Source: an uncultured delta proteobacterium (GTDB lineage: Bacteria; Desulfobacterota; Desulfomonilia; Desulfomonilales; Desulfomonilaceae). From it: 64,000 nt of DNA. Positions 19,275 through 29,556 of this stretch are shown one piece after another (position 1 is the stretch's first letter; each line of letters starts with the position of its first letter). The stretch is taken from the NCBI GenBank assembly GCA_963789265.1, contig CAWBKB010000001.1, positions 1,120,001 to 1,184,000 on the forward strand. The letters run 5' to 3'. A program made the position numbers and the translations under genes. Below the pieces are notes generated by a model. The model worked only from the letters and a program-made list of their open reading frames with translations. It was not told the DNA's origin and ran no database searches.

Positions 19275-19919
19275 GTGGAGGCTGCGCCGGTGAGTATCCC
19301 TGAAGATCCGATGGAAAGAAAGAAATGGATGTTGAGGCTCTGGCACGAGTACGGGGAGCACTTTGCCGTCTTCCATCCCGACGAGCAGCCCCTCCCGCCC
19401 CTTGAAGTCTGGCATGAGGATATGTACGCCCCTTACAAACCCGAACCTGACGAAAAAGGGAACCTCGATCCCCGTGTCATACGGCATCTGAGATGGTGGC
19501 CCGATACCAAGGAATTCCTGCGGCAGCGGGTCGGGCTTCAGGTCGGCCCCGATTACCTCTTCGACTGTCTTGCCGGAAAATACCAAGGCAGATTCTCCGA
19601 CGAAATTGATGAAAAGCAGGAAAAGCGGTGGTACGTCCGTGCTCTCCGAATGGGCTCCTTCATGTACTACGGCAAGGTCGGCGTCGGATTCAGTTGCAGG
19701 TCCCGGCGTTGTCTCCGCATCAAGTGCCCTCTTAATCTGCAAAGGAAGAAGAAGGACCAGAAAAGGCTCAACCGAGTGAATGTGTTCGAGCTGATGCAGA
19801 TCTTCTATGGCGAACAGAAGATGCCATTGAGTAAGGTGGTTGAGGAAATCTCTCAGCGGTTCGACATTCCCCTGCGTGCCTTTGGCCGCCCCCATTACGC
19901 CAGCCTGTCTTTAGGCTAA
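19275..19919 (+). CDS. Hypothetical mobile-element protein, possibly truncated at the att site
   Basis: ORF ends 14 bp from the tRNA 3' end; C-terminal NVFELMQ..VVEEISQRFDIPL resembles the helix pair after primase CHC2 zinc fingers. Confidence 0.5.
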   Translation: MEAAPVSIPEDPMERKKWMLRLWHEYGEHFAVFHPDEQPLPPLEVWHEDMYAPYKPEPDEKGNLDPRVIRHLRWWPDTKEFLRQRVGLQVGPDYLFDCLAGKYQGRFSDEIDEKQEKRWYVRALRMGSFMYYGKVGVGFSCRSRRCLRIKCPLNLQRKKKDQKRLNRVNVFELMQIFYGEQKMPLSKVVEEISQRFDIPLRAFGRPHYASLSLG

Positions 19920-19933
19920 CCTCTTGGTTTTAT

Positions 19934-20009
19934 TGGAGCCGGGGATGGGAGTCGAACCCACGACCTGCTGATTACGAATCAGCTGCTCTGGCCTCTGAGC
20001 TACCCCGGC
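19934..20009 (-). tRNA. tRNA-Thr(CGT)
   Basis: 76 nt GCCGGGGTAGCTCAG..GCTGA-TTCGTAA-TCAGC..GGTTCGACTCC..CCCCGGCTCCA, with encoded CCA. Confidence 0.97.
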
Positions 20010-20096
20010 CTTCTTGAATCATACAGAGAAGGATTCAAAAATAGAATAAACTTCGGCCGCGTGTCAATGTTTTGCTGCACCCGTCCTGAGATCCTG

Positions 20097-20927
20097 CTAC
20101 TCGACGAAGTTCAGAGGAACCGGGATGAAGGTCAGCACGAACAGCACGATAGCGACCCATCCGAGGAGACGGCCGGTGCGGTCCAGAGGCGTATAGGGGT
20201 CAAGCGGAGGAGGGTGTCGTAACCCCAGAAAGAATGCCAGAATACCGAATATAAGCCAACCAGGCCACAACAAAATCCCCAGAGGAATCAGACACGCGAA
20301 CACAGCAACGGAAATGATCTGCGCGCGCCGCGGCCCGAAAAGCGCATAGATAACGTGACCACCATCAAGTTGGCCGATGGGGAGCAGATTCATCGACGTG
20401 ACAAACAGGCCGAACCAGGCAGCTACTGCCGTGGGATGCAAAAGGATCGTGGCGCTGGAAGTAAACTTACCGAACCTGAGCCAGCATAACAGCTCCAAAA
20501 TGATCGAGGAACCGAATGTAAAACCTTTAGCTTGCCCCATCTGAGGCTGCACTTTCGAGAGGTACAGGCCCACAATCAGCAGAGGAATCGCTACAAGCGC
20601 CCCCGCGACGGGTCCGGATGCCCCTACTTCTACGAGAGCCTTCCGATCCGTTATCGGTGAACGTATCTTTATGAACGCGCCGAATGTGCCCAGAGGAGGT
20701 ATAGCCGGGATGAAGTACGGTGGCGTAACATCCAGGTGATGCCGACGGCCGGTCAGATAATGCCCGCTTTCGTGCACGAGAAGGATCGACATAAGCGGCA
20801 CGGAAAAGACCCAGCCGTGCAAAAAGAACGAGACCCATGAGTGGGGAGGTTCATTGGCATAGATGCCGCCCACAGCCGTGGTCGTCAGACAGGTAAGTAT
20901 GAAGAGCACAATGTTAATTATGGGCAA
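20097..20927 (-). CDS. Site-2 protease family (M50) membrane metalloprotease
   Basis: HESGH and NLLPIGQLDGGH motifs; multiple TM segments. Confidence 0.93.
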   Translation of the reverse strand: MPIINIVLFILTCLTTTAVGGIYANEPPHSWVSFFLHGWVFSVPLMSILLVHESGHYLTGRRHHLDVTPPYFIPAIPPLGTFGAFIKIRSPITDRKALVEVGASGPVAGALVAIPLLIVGLYLSKVQPQMGQAKGFTFGSSIILELLCWLRFGKFTSSATILLHPTAVAAWFGLFVTSMNLLPIGQLDGGHVIYALFGPRRAQIISVAVFACLIPLGILLWPGWLIFGILAFFLGLRHPPPLDPYTPLDRTGRLLGWVAIVLFVLTFIPVPLNFVE

Positions 20928-20977
20928 TTTATTGCGGATTGCGGGCTCCCTTCAAAATTGTGCGGCAGCTTCAAAAT

Positions 20978-22850
20978 TCACACTTGCTGGAGTTGCCCCA
21001 TTGTGCTGCGCAAGTGAATCGGTTCATTAAAGTGTGGGTCGGGCTGTGCCACGCGTAATACTTCTTCGGGCGTTGTGACTCCGTTGAGCATCTTTCGAAT
21101 GGCATTTTCCCATAATGTGCTGAACTTCTTTTTCCTAGCCATTTCTTTCATAGCGATTATGTCAGGAGAATCTATGATCAATTTGCTCATGTCATCATCA
21201 ACCGCTACCACCTCATAGATGCTCTCCCGTTTGAAATAGCCGGTGTCACGGCATTGATAGCACCCCCGCCCCCTCCTGAGCAAGACCTTCTCAGGCCCCT
21301 CGAAGTTGAATCCTCTTTTGTTCAATTCCTTCAACTCGATCGAATGGTCCTGAGCACAATAGGGACATATTTTGCGTATGAGCCGCTGAGCCATCAGGCC
21401 GACGACAGTGGAAGCCAAGAGGAAACTAGGGACTTTAAGGTCCAGCATTCGGTGCACCGCACTGAGGGCATCATTGGTATGAACCGTGGAAAAGACGAGG
21501 TGGCCGGTGAGCGCGGCTTGCACGGCCAGTTGGGCTGTCTCTTCGTCTCGGATCTCTCCTATCATTATGACGTCGGGGTCTTGCCGCATGACATGCCGCA
21601 TAAGGGGCCCAAAGGTCATTTTCTCCTCAGGATTGTGGAGCATACTGACCGCGGGGTTCACGCTAATCTGATTGAATCTCTCAAACACCATTTCCACGGG
21701 GTCTTCGATGGTGGTTATATTCCGATCGGCAGTGGCAAGGACCTTCATGGCAGAATAAAGACTAGTAGTCTTGCCGGAACCGGTCGGGCCTGTAACTAGA
21801 ACTATCCCGAACGGGCGGACTATTAGGCTCTGAAATGTGGTCAAATCCAGAGGAGTCAGGCCAAGCTCTTCGAGGTCCATGAAAAGTAGGTCCGGGTCCT
21901 GTATCCTGCATACGGTCTTTTCTCCAAACGCCGTCGGCACCGTGGAAACTCGGACCTCTATTTCGCGGTTACGCGTGCTCAGCTTTATTCGACCATCCTG
22001 GGGGCGCCTCTTTTCGGCTATGTCCAGCGCGGCCATCCCTTTGATGCCGCGAAGTGAAGGCCCCGTGTAGCGGAGCCGGAATCCAGTCGACATCGTGCAA
22101 TATTCCGTCTATACGCATCCTGATGACTGTCTTTGTCCGCTTGGGCTCGATATGAACATCACTGGCCCGTTGTGAAAGGGCCCGCCGAAACATCGCGTCC
22201 ACGGCGGTGCGGATGTTCTTATCGGTGTGCGAGATCTCTTCAAGACTTTTGATTTCAGCGAGCCGTTCGAGGTCGGAGAGATCCTTGAAATACTTGACAT
22301 GCTTCTCAGCCGCGGCCTTGATTGAGCCTCTAAAGCCGTGGAACTCCAGGAGGATCTTCATGATGTCCGATTTTGGGGACACCACAACCTCAAGCTCTTT
22401 TCCCGCGACACGGGATACGTCTTCGAGTACCTCTCTCAGAGAGGGGTCGTAGATGGCCACGCGCAGCTTGCCGTTGACTTCGTCCACAGGAACCAGCAGA
22501 AAACGGTCGGCAAATTTTTGCGGGAGAGTTCGGGTGACAAAATCCGGGTCCAGGTCCAGCGCTTCTAGCCTCATAAACGGATGGCCCAAGTGATCCGCCA
22601 GGACTTCGACAATAATCGGTTCCTCGACTTGGCCGTGAGGACCTGAAAGTTTCATGTCCGCGATAATTTCGATCGCAGTGGTCTGGTGGGCATGGGGGAC
22701 CGAGGCTCGTGCTTGCTTGGCAACATCCTGGGACAGACGATCCTTAATATAAAGTTCCGCCTCCTGAAGGCGCACCAAGCTGCTGTCATCCAAGAAGCCT
22801 TTGGAGTAGAGTATTTCGCCGATCTGGTTGATATCGTTATAGAGTTCCAC
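20978..22850 (-). CDS. GspE/PulE/PilB-family secretion ATPase; +1 frameshift near 22047
   Basis: RASDVHIEP..RIDGIL..FTSR then IKGMAALDIAEKRRPQDGR, GPTGSGKTT, RQDPDVIMIGEIRD, TGHLVFSTVHTN. Confidence 0.92.
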
Positions 22851-23071
22851 CAGCGTTCATAAGATCACGATTCTTGGATAGGGGCGCGAGTTTCAGCACT
22901 TGGGCGCGACGCGGCCCGTCTAGCGCCAAGCCTTACACTCCTTTGCCCCCTATCATAATCGTTGCGGAATACAGAATCAACAGTGCTGGAGAGAGTTGGT
23001 AAGCGTTTCCCGCAGTGTGGAATTTGTTCCAGTGAAAAAGAAACGCTTACCGGAGAGTCATGGTTTCCTTA

Positions 23072-23353
23072 TTAATCACTCTCGTCGACCTTTTCCCTCA
23101 GTTCTTTCCCTGTCTTGAAGAAGGGGAGCCTCTTCTCGTACACGGCTATTTTGTCCCCTGTCTTGGGATTCCTTCCTGTATAGCCCCTGTATTCTTTCAC
23201 CATGAATGATCCAAAACCTCGAATCTCGATCCGGTCGCCGTCAATAAGCGCGGTAGACATGGTGTCGAAGACCAAATTGACAATTTCCTCGGACTTTCTC
23301 AGAGGAAGGTCCGCCTCTTTGGCCAGGGCCACAATAAGATCTGATTTATTCAT
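23072..23353 (-). CDS. ihfB: Integration host factor beta subunit
   Basis: MNKSDLI..GDRIEIRGFGSF..GRNPKTG..LPFFKTGKELRE. Confidence 0.85.
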   Translation of the reverse strand: MNKSDLIVALAKEADLPLRKSEEIVNLVFDTMSTALIDGDRIEIRGFGSFMVKEYRGYTGRNPKTGDKIAVYEKRLPFFKTGKELREKVDESD

Positions 23354-23376
23354 GGCAGATTCCTATACTCTGAGAT

Positions 23377-23661
23377 TCATTTGATCTTCTTTACCGCATC
23401 CTTCAATGCCTTAGACGCGCTGAAACGAGCGACTTTGGCAGCCGCTATCTTGATCTTCTGGCGCGTTTGCGGATTCACTCCGGTGCGGGCTTTCTTCTTA
23501 ATGACTTTGAAGGTACCCAAATCCGCTATCCGGATCTTTCCCTCTTTCTTCTTTAGGGAATCGTGGATCGCTCCAACAAGAGAGTTAAGTGCGGAGGCGG
23601 CAGCCTTCTTGGTAATAGCCGCTTCTTCAGCCATTTTCTGCACGAGTTCAGCTCTGGTCAT
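23377..23661 (-). CDS. HU-family DNA-binding protein
   Basis: MTRAELV..LGTFKVIKKKARTGVNPQT..IKIAAAKVARFSASKALKDAV. Confidence 0.92.
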   Translation of the reverse strand: MTRAELVQKMAEEAAITKKAAASALNSLVGAIHDSLKKKEGKIRIADLGTFKVIKKKARTGVNPQTRQKIKIAAAKVARFSASKALKDAVKKIK

Positions 23662-23999
23662 CACATTTCCTCCTGAAAAGTCAAAAGGTTCAAGATTCAC
23701 CAAACGATTGCACATTGTTATCTATACTAGAGTGAATTGTCAAGACAAATTCGTTTTGCCCTGAAAAATTCCTCGTGCAAGTACTGAGAATCACACACCC
23801 GACCAGGGTAAACACTCACTTACAGGCGGCAAAAGCTTCTCATTGCCAGTCTCGCTGGTCGCGAGATTGCATTCTTCGCGATGACCATCTTTGCCCGCGC
23901 ATAATTGAATGTTTACCGATTCGTGCCGATTCCCCTTGACAATGCCGGCAAGTCGGTTTAACCGGTTCGCACCGGGGTGAAAACTGGAGGTCCGGTCTT

Positions 24000-24266
24000 A
24001 TGAATGAGATGTTATTGCTGGAGCATTTGGAACAAATAGCGATGCGTTTGGGAGTCGAGCTTAGGTATGAAAACCTTGGAATAGGCGGCGTAAGAAGCGA
24101 TGGAGGGTACTGTAGGGTTTGCGGGAAGCCGATGATCCTGATCAACAGAAAGGATTCAAGACGGAAAAAGATCCTGATCCTGGCCAAATCTCTCCAAAGG
24201 CTCAATCTGGAAGGCATTTTTATCCCACCTGCTGTGCGAAAGATACTGGACAAGCAGAATAACTGA
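24000..24266 (+). CDS. Small hypothetical protein
   Basis: RBS GGAGG; LGVELRYE..GGYCRV..IFIPPAVR; 88 aa. Confidence 0.75.
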   Translation: MNEMLLLEHLEQIAMRLGVELRYENLGIGGVRSDGGYCRVCGKPMILINRKDSRRKKILILAKSLQRLNLEGIFIPPAVRKILDKQNN

Positions 24267-24572
24267 TTGGCGCGGATCGGCACCTCGGTCCGCCGTAACC
24301 GGTCAGTGGGGAAAGGAACTGCCCCAGAGGCCGCGGAGATGACAGAGAAGAAACCGGGCCGAGACAATATAGGTCAAGGGATGTCGTGCCGACCGATACC
24401 GGTGAAGATCTGCCGTGTGACACGCTAAATGGGTTATGCCTCCAGCGGACGAAAAGTGAGAAAAGCAGATTTCTCTCCGTTCTCAGCGAACTCCGGGGTG
24501 AATGATAAGCGTTTTTTGAACGTGAAATGATATCAATAACCATTTTCATCATAAGAATGATACTATCCTGCA

Positions 24573-26327
24573 TTGTGGAGCGGGATAGGTGGGACCTCCC
24601 GGTTGTTCTTCTGCGTCCGGGAGATGGGGAATCAAAGAGTGACAGATTTGGCGGAAACGCTTTCGCTATCATTCGACAAGAGGCTGGCCGCGGCTCCGAT
24701 TCTCGAAGAAAAGCGTTATCGGGCGGAGCGATTGCTCAACGCGCTTTTATGGAAATCTGCACTCGACAGCGGTTTTCCTCCTGTTATCTGTTTGGTGGGT
24801 GGGACCGGAACAGGCAAAAGCACTGTGTTCAATTCCCTGGCCGGATACAAGATCAGCGAAGTGGGGACGCGCAGACCTTCTACCTTGCAAGCAGTGATTC
24901 TAATTGGTCAGGCCTTCGCTGCTCAGCTCGGAACAGCCCCCTTTGTACGACGCTCAGGCGAGTCCTGCGCGATAGTCTTTCCTCACCAGCATCCTGAACT
25001 GATGGACCTTGTCCTGGTCGATACGCCCGACTTCGACAGCGTCGAGCTTTCCAACCGAGCTATTGCAGACGACTTCTTCACAATCAGCGATGTGTTGGTC
25101 TTCATCACTTCCCAGGAAAAATACGCCGATCTCACCGGTCAGGACATGCAGGCGCGGGCTCGCCAATGGGGCAAGAAAACGGTTTTCGTGATGAACAAGG
25201 TGGTTTCCGATACGGCGTACAATGATTTCAAAGGGCTGCTCCGTGGCACCGGACACGAGGCCTCCCCAATCCGGATAGAAAGGCTCGGTAAGTCACCGGA
25301 CCTCATTCCAGGACTGAGGGATCGCCTCGAATTTTCTGAACTGCTTGCCGGGGCGCGCGGGAAATCCGGGGCTACGATCCGAAATGAGGAACTTTGCAGG
25401 CTGCACGATCGCGCCCTGGGGAGCTTGGACGATTTGATAAATGCCATTGAATTTCAGGTCCAACGGATTGCAGCCGTCAATGGTGAAATCGGTCGTATCC
25501 TGGCCGAGGTCTCAAAGGGAATGGAAGCCCAATTGGATGCCATTGTTTCCGACGATGTGGAAGTCAAGATTCGGGACCGGCTTCAGCGACTCTTGCGAAA
25601 GTACGACATTCTCTTCCTGCCGCGGATGGTGGTGCGCAACGCGGTAAGGCATCTTTTCAACACCGTGGTAGAAATTTTCATCTCCGGCGGGATAGGTTCT
25701 GCGAAGACGGATGATGAGAAGGATATTCGAACCGAGGACTTCGAAGCCACCAAGGCTCTGGTCAGGCTCCAACCGCTGGAATGGGCGGTTTCCAAACTTA
25801 ACCTGGCAATTGCGGAGACCCTGTCTTCCAATCCTGCCTTCGAAGACCTGTGTCAGGTAGCGGCTACCGACGTACCCAGGTGGTCGGCTCAAGAGATCCG
25901 GTCCCGTTACGACGCGGCTTTTCCGGGAATGGAGCATTTGCTCGAGGCTGAGTTCAACCGATTCAGGGATGGACTTTCTCGAACCGACGAATTCAAACTC
26001 TACGGATCATATACACTGTGGGCTTTTTTCCTGATCACCGCTGAAATTGTCGTAGGAGGAGGTTTTACTTTGCTTGACGCGGTACTCAACACGGTGATAG
26101 TGCCTTTCATTCCAAAATGGTTGCTCAATCTGAAAGTCCTCGACGTGCTCCGAGAGATTGGCGAACGTGTGGATCGCGAGCACAGAAATACATTAAGAGG
26201 CATTCTTCAGAAACAGGCCGAACTCTATACAGAGCGATTTTCCAAGTTAATCCCAACAGAGGCGGTCTTGGAAAGATCCCGCTTACTGGAGGAAAACCTC
26301 GCCGCTCACGGCCGAGCGCCCATTTGA
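24573..26327 (+). CDS. Dynamin-like/TRAFAC GTPase with C-terminal membrane segment (start uncertain, may be 24624)
   Basis: GGTGTGKST, DTPDFDS, TSQEKYAD, NKV; helical middle region and hydrophobic C-terminal hairpin. Confidence 0.85.
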   Translation: MWSGIGGTSRLFFCVREMGNQRVTDLAETLSLSFDKRLAAAPILEEKRYRAERLLNALLWKSALDSGFPPVICLVGGTGTGKSTVFNSLAGYKISEVGTRRPSTLQAVILIGQAFAAQLGTAPFVRRSGESCAIVFPHQHPELMDLVLVDTPDFDSVELSNRAIADDFFTISDVLVFITSQEKYADLTGQDMQARARQWGKKTVFVMNKVVSDTAYNDFKGLLRGTGHEASPIRIERLGKSPDLIPGLRDRLEFSELLAGARGKSGATIRNEELCRLHDRALGSLDDLINAIEFQVQRIAAVNGEIGRILAEVSKGMEAQLDAIVSDDVEVKIRDRLQRLLRKYDILFLPRMVVRNAVRHLFNTVVEIFISGGIGSAKTDDEKDIRTEDFEATKALVRLQPLEWAVSKLNLAIAETLSSNPAFEDLCQVAATDVPRWSAQEIRSRYDAAFPGMEHLLEAEFNRFRDGLSRTDEFKLYGSYTLWAFFLITAEIVVGGGFTLLDAVLNTVIVPFIPKWLLNLKVLDVLREIGERVDREHRNTLRGILQKQAELYTERFSKLIPTEAVLERSRLLEENLAAHGRAPI

Positions 26328-26357
26328 AGCGGTGGAAGACTGCACGGGAGCTGGGAT

Positions 26358-26545
26358 TTATACCATTTCGCTTTCGAACAAGTGACACGTCTTTCCAGTG
26401 GGACAGACATCCTGCCTGTCGTCAAGCCCGCGGACGCGGCTGTAGGGGCGAATGGCATTCGCCCTGGGCGGTCCCGCGTTCCGCGCGGGGTGCCTCACCA
26501 TGTCTTGTCCACGATGGTTACTTGTTTGATAGCGCATTAGTATTT
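26358..26545. mobile_element. MITE-like element carrying REP-like palindromes
   Basis: Imperfect ~29-bp terminal IRs (ataccatttcgctttcgaacaagtgac / gttacttgtttgatagcgcattagtat); same left end at 35297, 62726, 63453. Confidence 0.65.
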
Positions 26546-26823
26546 GTCGGACAGAGGGAGACGCCGAGCGTCTCGCCTGCGAGCGGCCATTCAACGGCAA
26601 CAAAAAAGGAACGCCTTGAGCAAACCGGTGTCTTAAGGTCCGTTACGGGGACCGATCCCAAAAATTGATCCCCTCAATTTTCCGGCATGCTGAGACGGCT
26701 TCTGCTGACTCGGCAGTTGTAGCCGACCATAGCGGGTCTCGTCTTCTTTGAAAGGGTTGGATTTTTGTTGTCGATTGTCAGTGCAATGCGCACTTATTAA
26801 GTAAAGAGTCACAGGAGAGAGTA

Positions 26824-29493
26824 ATGGCGCCTTTTTGCAGCCTCACTTCCATCGTCGGCTGGATGTTGGCCACGGTGTTGTTTTGGATGGTTCCCATGAA
26901 TGCAAATGCAATGGAGGAAAAGTTGAAGCATTTTACACTATCAAACGGCTTGAACGTTTTCATCAAGGAGGATCATGCCCGTAAAGTGGCGGCCATACAG
27001 CTTTGGGTCATGGTTGGAAGCGCTGCCGAGGAACCTTCGGAATTGGGCATCAGCCACCTCATTGAGCACATGGCCTTCAAGGGGACAGAACGGCGAGGGG
27101 TTGGACAAATCGCTTCTGAAGTTGAGGCCCTTGGAGGAGAAATTAATGCTTATACCAGTTGGGATGAGACTGTTTTTCACATCACCGTGCCGTCGAGTGC
27201 AACTTCACAGGGCCTCGACATTCTGACCGATGCTGTAATGAGGCCCGTTATTGATCCCAAAGAACTCGCTAAGGAAAAACAAGTCGTCCTCGAGGAAATT
27301 CTGGAAGGGGACGAGCGGCCTGAAAGAGTGGCATCAAAGCAGCTCTTCATGACGGCATACAAGAGCAGTCCGTATCGCTTTCCCGTCATAGGATACAAGG
27401 AGCAAGTTGAAAAGTATGGCCGGAAGGAGATACTCGATTTTCGCAAGAAATGGTACGTCCCTGACAACATGTTCCTGCTCATTGTAGGAGATGTGGACAG
27501 CGCCAAGCTACGTGGTGAAATCGAGCATTACATGGGCGATTTCAAACCCAAAGGTTTTTTCAGGTCTCCCAGAGCGGTTGAACCGCCCCAAAAAGAAATC
27601 AGAAGCTCTCTCATCAGAGATCGCAATGCCAGGGAGACCCGCCTAAATATCGCATTTCACATACAGTCCATGAAAGGACCGGACGTCAACGCCCTGGATC
27701 TTGCCGCAGATGTCCTCGGATCTAGAGAGAGTTCCCGTCTTGTGAGGATTCTCAAGAAGGAGAAAGCCCTGGTTCATTCCATTTCCGCGTACTCTATCAC
27801 ACCCAAGGAACCCGGCATTATGGCGATCTCCGCGACCCTTGACGCCAAAAACCTGGAAGCAGCTACGCAAGAAATAATGAAGGAACTGGCTCGGCTGGCA
27901 AAGGAGCCGCCTTCCGCGAAAGAACTGGAGCGTGCGCAAATTCATATTGAATCTCAGCACCTGTATGCGAGAGAAACGGTCCAGGGAATGGCTCGGAGCA
28001 TCGGTAGTTTTCAAGCCGACATAGGCGATGCCGGTTATGAAGCAAAGTATCTCAGCCTCAATAACGCGGTGACCCCGAAACAGGTGTCTGAGGTAGTCGG
28101 TCGGTACCTTGTGCCCCCAAATGTCACCGTTTCAATTCTGATACCTGGCGGTGACCGCCAAGATTTTCAAATTCAGAAGTTGACGGAGATCGTAAACTCT
28201 TTCAAACCAAAGGTAAAAGCCGCCGCGCAAGCAGTATCCACGTCACAGGTTGTTACGCGGACACTGCCGAACGGGATTCATGTGGTCCTGCTCCCCGATG
28301 ATTCCAATCCGGTTGTTTCGTTCAGGATAGCGTGTCTCGGCGGAAAGCGTTTTGAGAACAAACAAAACCAGGGCATCATGAACTTCATAGCGCAGATGTT
28401 GAACAAAGGAACAAGTAAGCTGAGCGAAGTAGAGATATCTCGGAAGGTCGAGGATATGGGCGGCCGTCTCAACGGGTTCTCCGGATATGATTCATTCGGC
28501 CTTTATGGTAATTTTTTCAGCCGTTATATGGATTCGGGCCTTCAGCTTCTGGCGGAGCTATACACAGAGCCGATGTTTCCGCAGGACAAACTGGAGAGGG
28601 AGCGAAACCTAATCTTAAACCGGATTAAGACGGAGCCGGACAGACCGGTACCTTACGCGATCAGAGTCTTGAATGGTAATCTATTCCACAATCACCCCTA
28701 TGGATTTGATCTAGAGGGGACACTTGCCACGGTATCGGGATTCACAGCGGCCGACCTCAAGGAGGCTTACGAGCGCTTCGCTGTTCCGTCCAACACGGTC
28801 ATCACCGGCACCGGTGACATGGACCCGCAAAAGGTCATGGATCGAATAAACGAACTTTTCGGAAAGATTCCGGCAAAGGCTCTGGACCGTCCGGAGATCC
28901 CGCCTGAGGAGCCTTTGAACAAGGCCAGAGAAAATATCGTCCGCATTCCCAGGGCCAAGGCACATCTGGTGATCGGCTTCAGGGGAACCACTCTGGTCGA
29001 CCAAGATCGCTATGCCCTCGATGTGCTGAGCAACATCTTGGCAGGGCAGGGGGGGCGCCTGTTCCTACAACTCAGAGACAAGCAGTCATTGGCGTACACC
29101 GTGACGTCGTTTGATCGACCCGGTATAGATCCCGGCGTGTTTGCTTTTTATATGGCGTGCGACGTATCTAAAGCCGACCGCGCTCTTAAGGGATTGTATC
29201 GGCAGATCGAACTCATACAGAAGGCGCCTGTTAGCAACGAGGAACTTCACCGAGGGATCACCAACCTGATCGGCAATCATCAGATATCCTTGCAGAGTTC
29301 ATGGTCGCGAGCCGAAAATATCGCCTTGAACACGCTTTATGGTTTGGGATATGATTATGAAAGTAAATACATCAAAAAGATATCGGAAGTGAGCGCGGCT
29401 GATGTGCTCGGAGTGGCAAAGAAATATCTTAATTTAAAGAATTGCGCGACCGTAAAAATTCTTCCCCCGGAAAGTGAAAAGAAGGGAGAATAG
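26824..29493 (+). CDS. M16 (pitrilysin-family) zinc protease with signal peptide
   Basis: HLIEHMAFKGT inverted zinc motif, NAYTS; two M16 halves. Confidence 0.95.
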   Translation: MAPFCSLTSIVGWMLATVLFWMVPMNANAMEEKLKHFTLSNGLNVFIKEDHARKVAAIQLWVMVGSAAEEPSELGISHLIEHMAFKGTERRGVGQIASEVEALGGEINAYTSWDETVFHITVPSSATSQGLDILTDAVMRPVIDPKELAKEKQVVLEEILEGDERPERVASKQLFMTAYKSSPYRFPVIGYKEQVEKYGRKEILDFRKKWYVPDNMFLLIVGDVDSAKLRGEIEHYMGDFKPKGFFRSPRAVEPPQKEIRSSLIRDRNARETRLNIAFHIQSMKGPDVNALDLAADVLGSRESSRLVRILKKEKALVHSISAYSITPKEPGIMAISATLDAKNLEAATQEIMKELARLAKEPPSAKELERAQIHIESQHLYARETVQGMARSIGSFQADIGDAGYEAKYLSLNNAVTPKQVSEVVGRYLVPPNVTVSILIPGGDRQDFQIQKLTEIVNSFKPKVKAAAQAVSTSQVVTRTLPNGIHVVLLPDDSNPVVSFRIACLGGKRFENKQNQGIMNFIAQMLNKGTSKLSEVEISRKVEDMGGRLNGFSGYDSFGLYGNFFSRYMDSGLQLLAELYTEPMFPQDKLERERNLILNRIKTEPDRPVPYAIRVLNGNLFHNHPYGFDLEGTLATVSGFTAADLKEAYERFAVPSNTVITGTGDMDPQKVMDRINELFGKIPAKALDRPEIPPEEPLNKARENIVRIPRAKAHLVIGFRGTTLVDQDRYALDVLSNILAGQGGRLFLQLRDKQSLAYTVTSFDRPGIDPGVFAFYMACDVSKADRALKGLYRQIELIQKAPVSNEELHRGITNLIGNHQISLQSSWSRAENIALNTLYGLGYDYESKYIKKISEVSAADVLGVAKKYLNLKNCATVKILPPESEKKGE

Positions 29494-29556
29494 GCTGAAA
29501 GAAAGCTTTGTTTACGCTAACTTCCTAGAACTTCAGATGCTAAGGGGGGGGCGGCA

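Larger units (their letters stand above)
10615..19980. mobile_element. tRNA-Thr-anchored genomic island, degenerate (no integrase visible)
   Basis: 47-bp direct repeats at both ends; arm-site-like tandem tggcaca repeat at 10757-10774; accessory and fragmentary gene content. Confidence 0.85.

Noticed and set aside
20978..22850. Programmed frameshift or true pseudogene in the GspE ATPase
   Set aside because: No slippery heptamer and no further decay; one of six similar indels best explained as sequence error.
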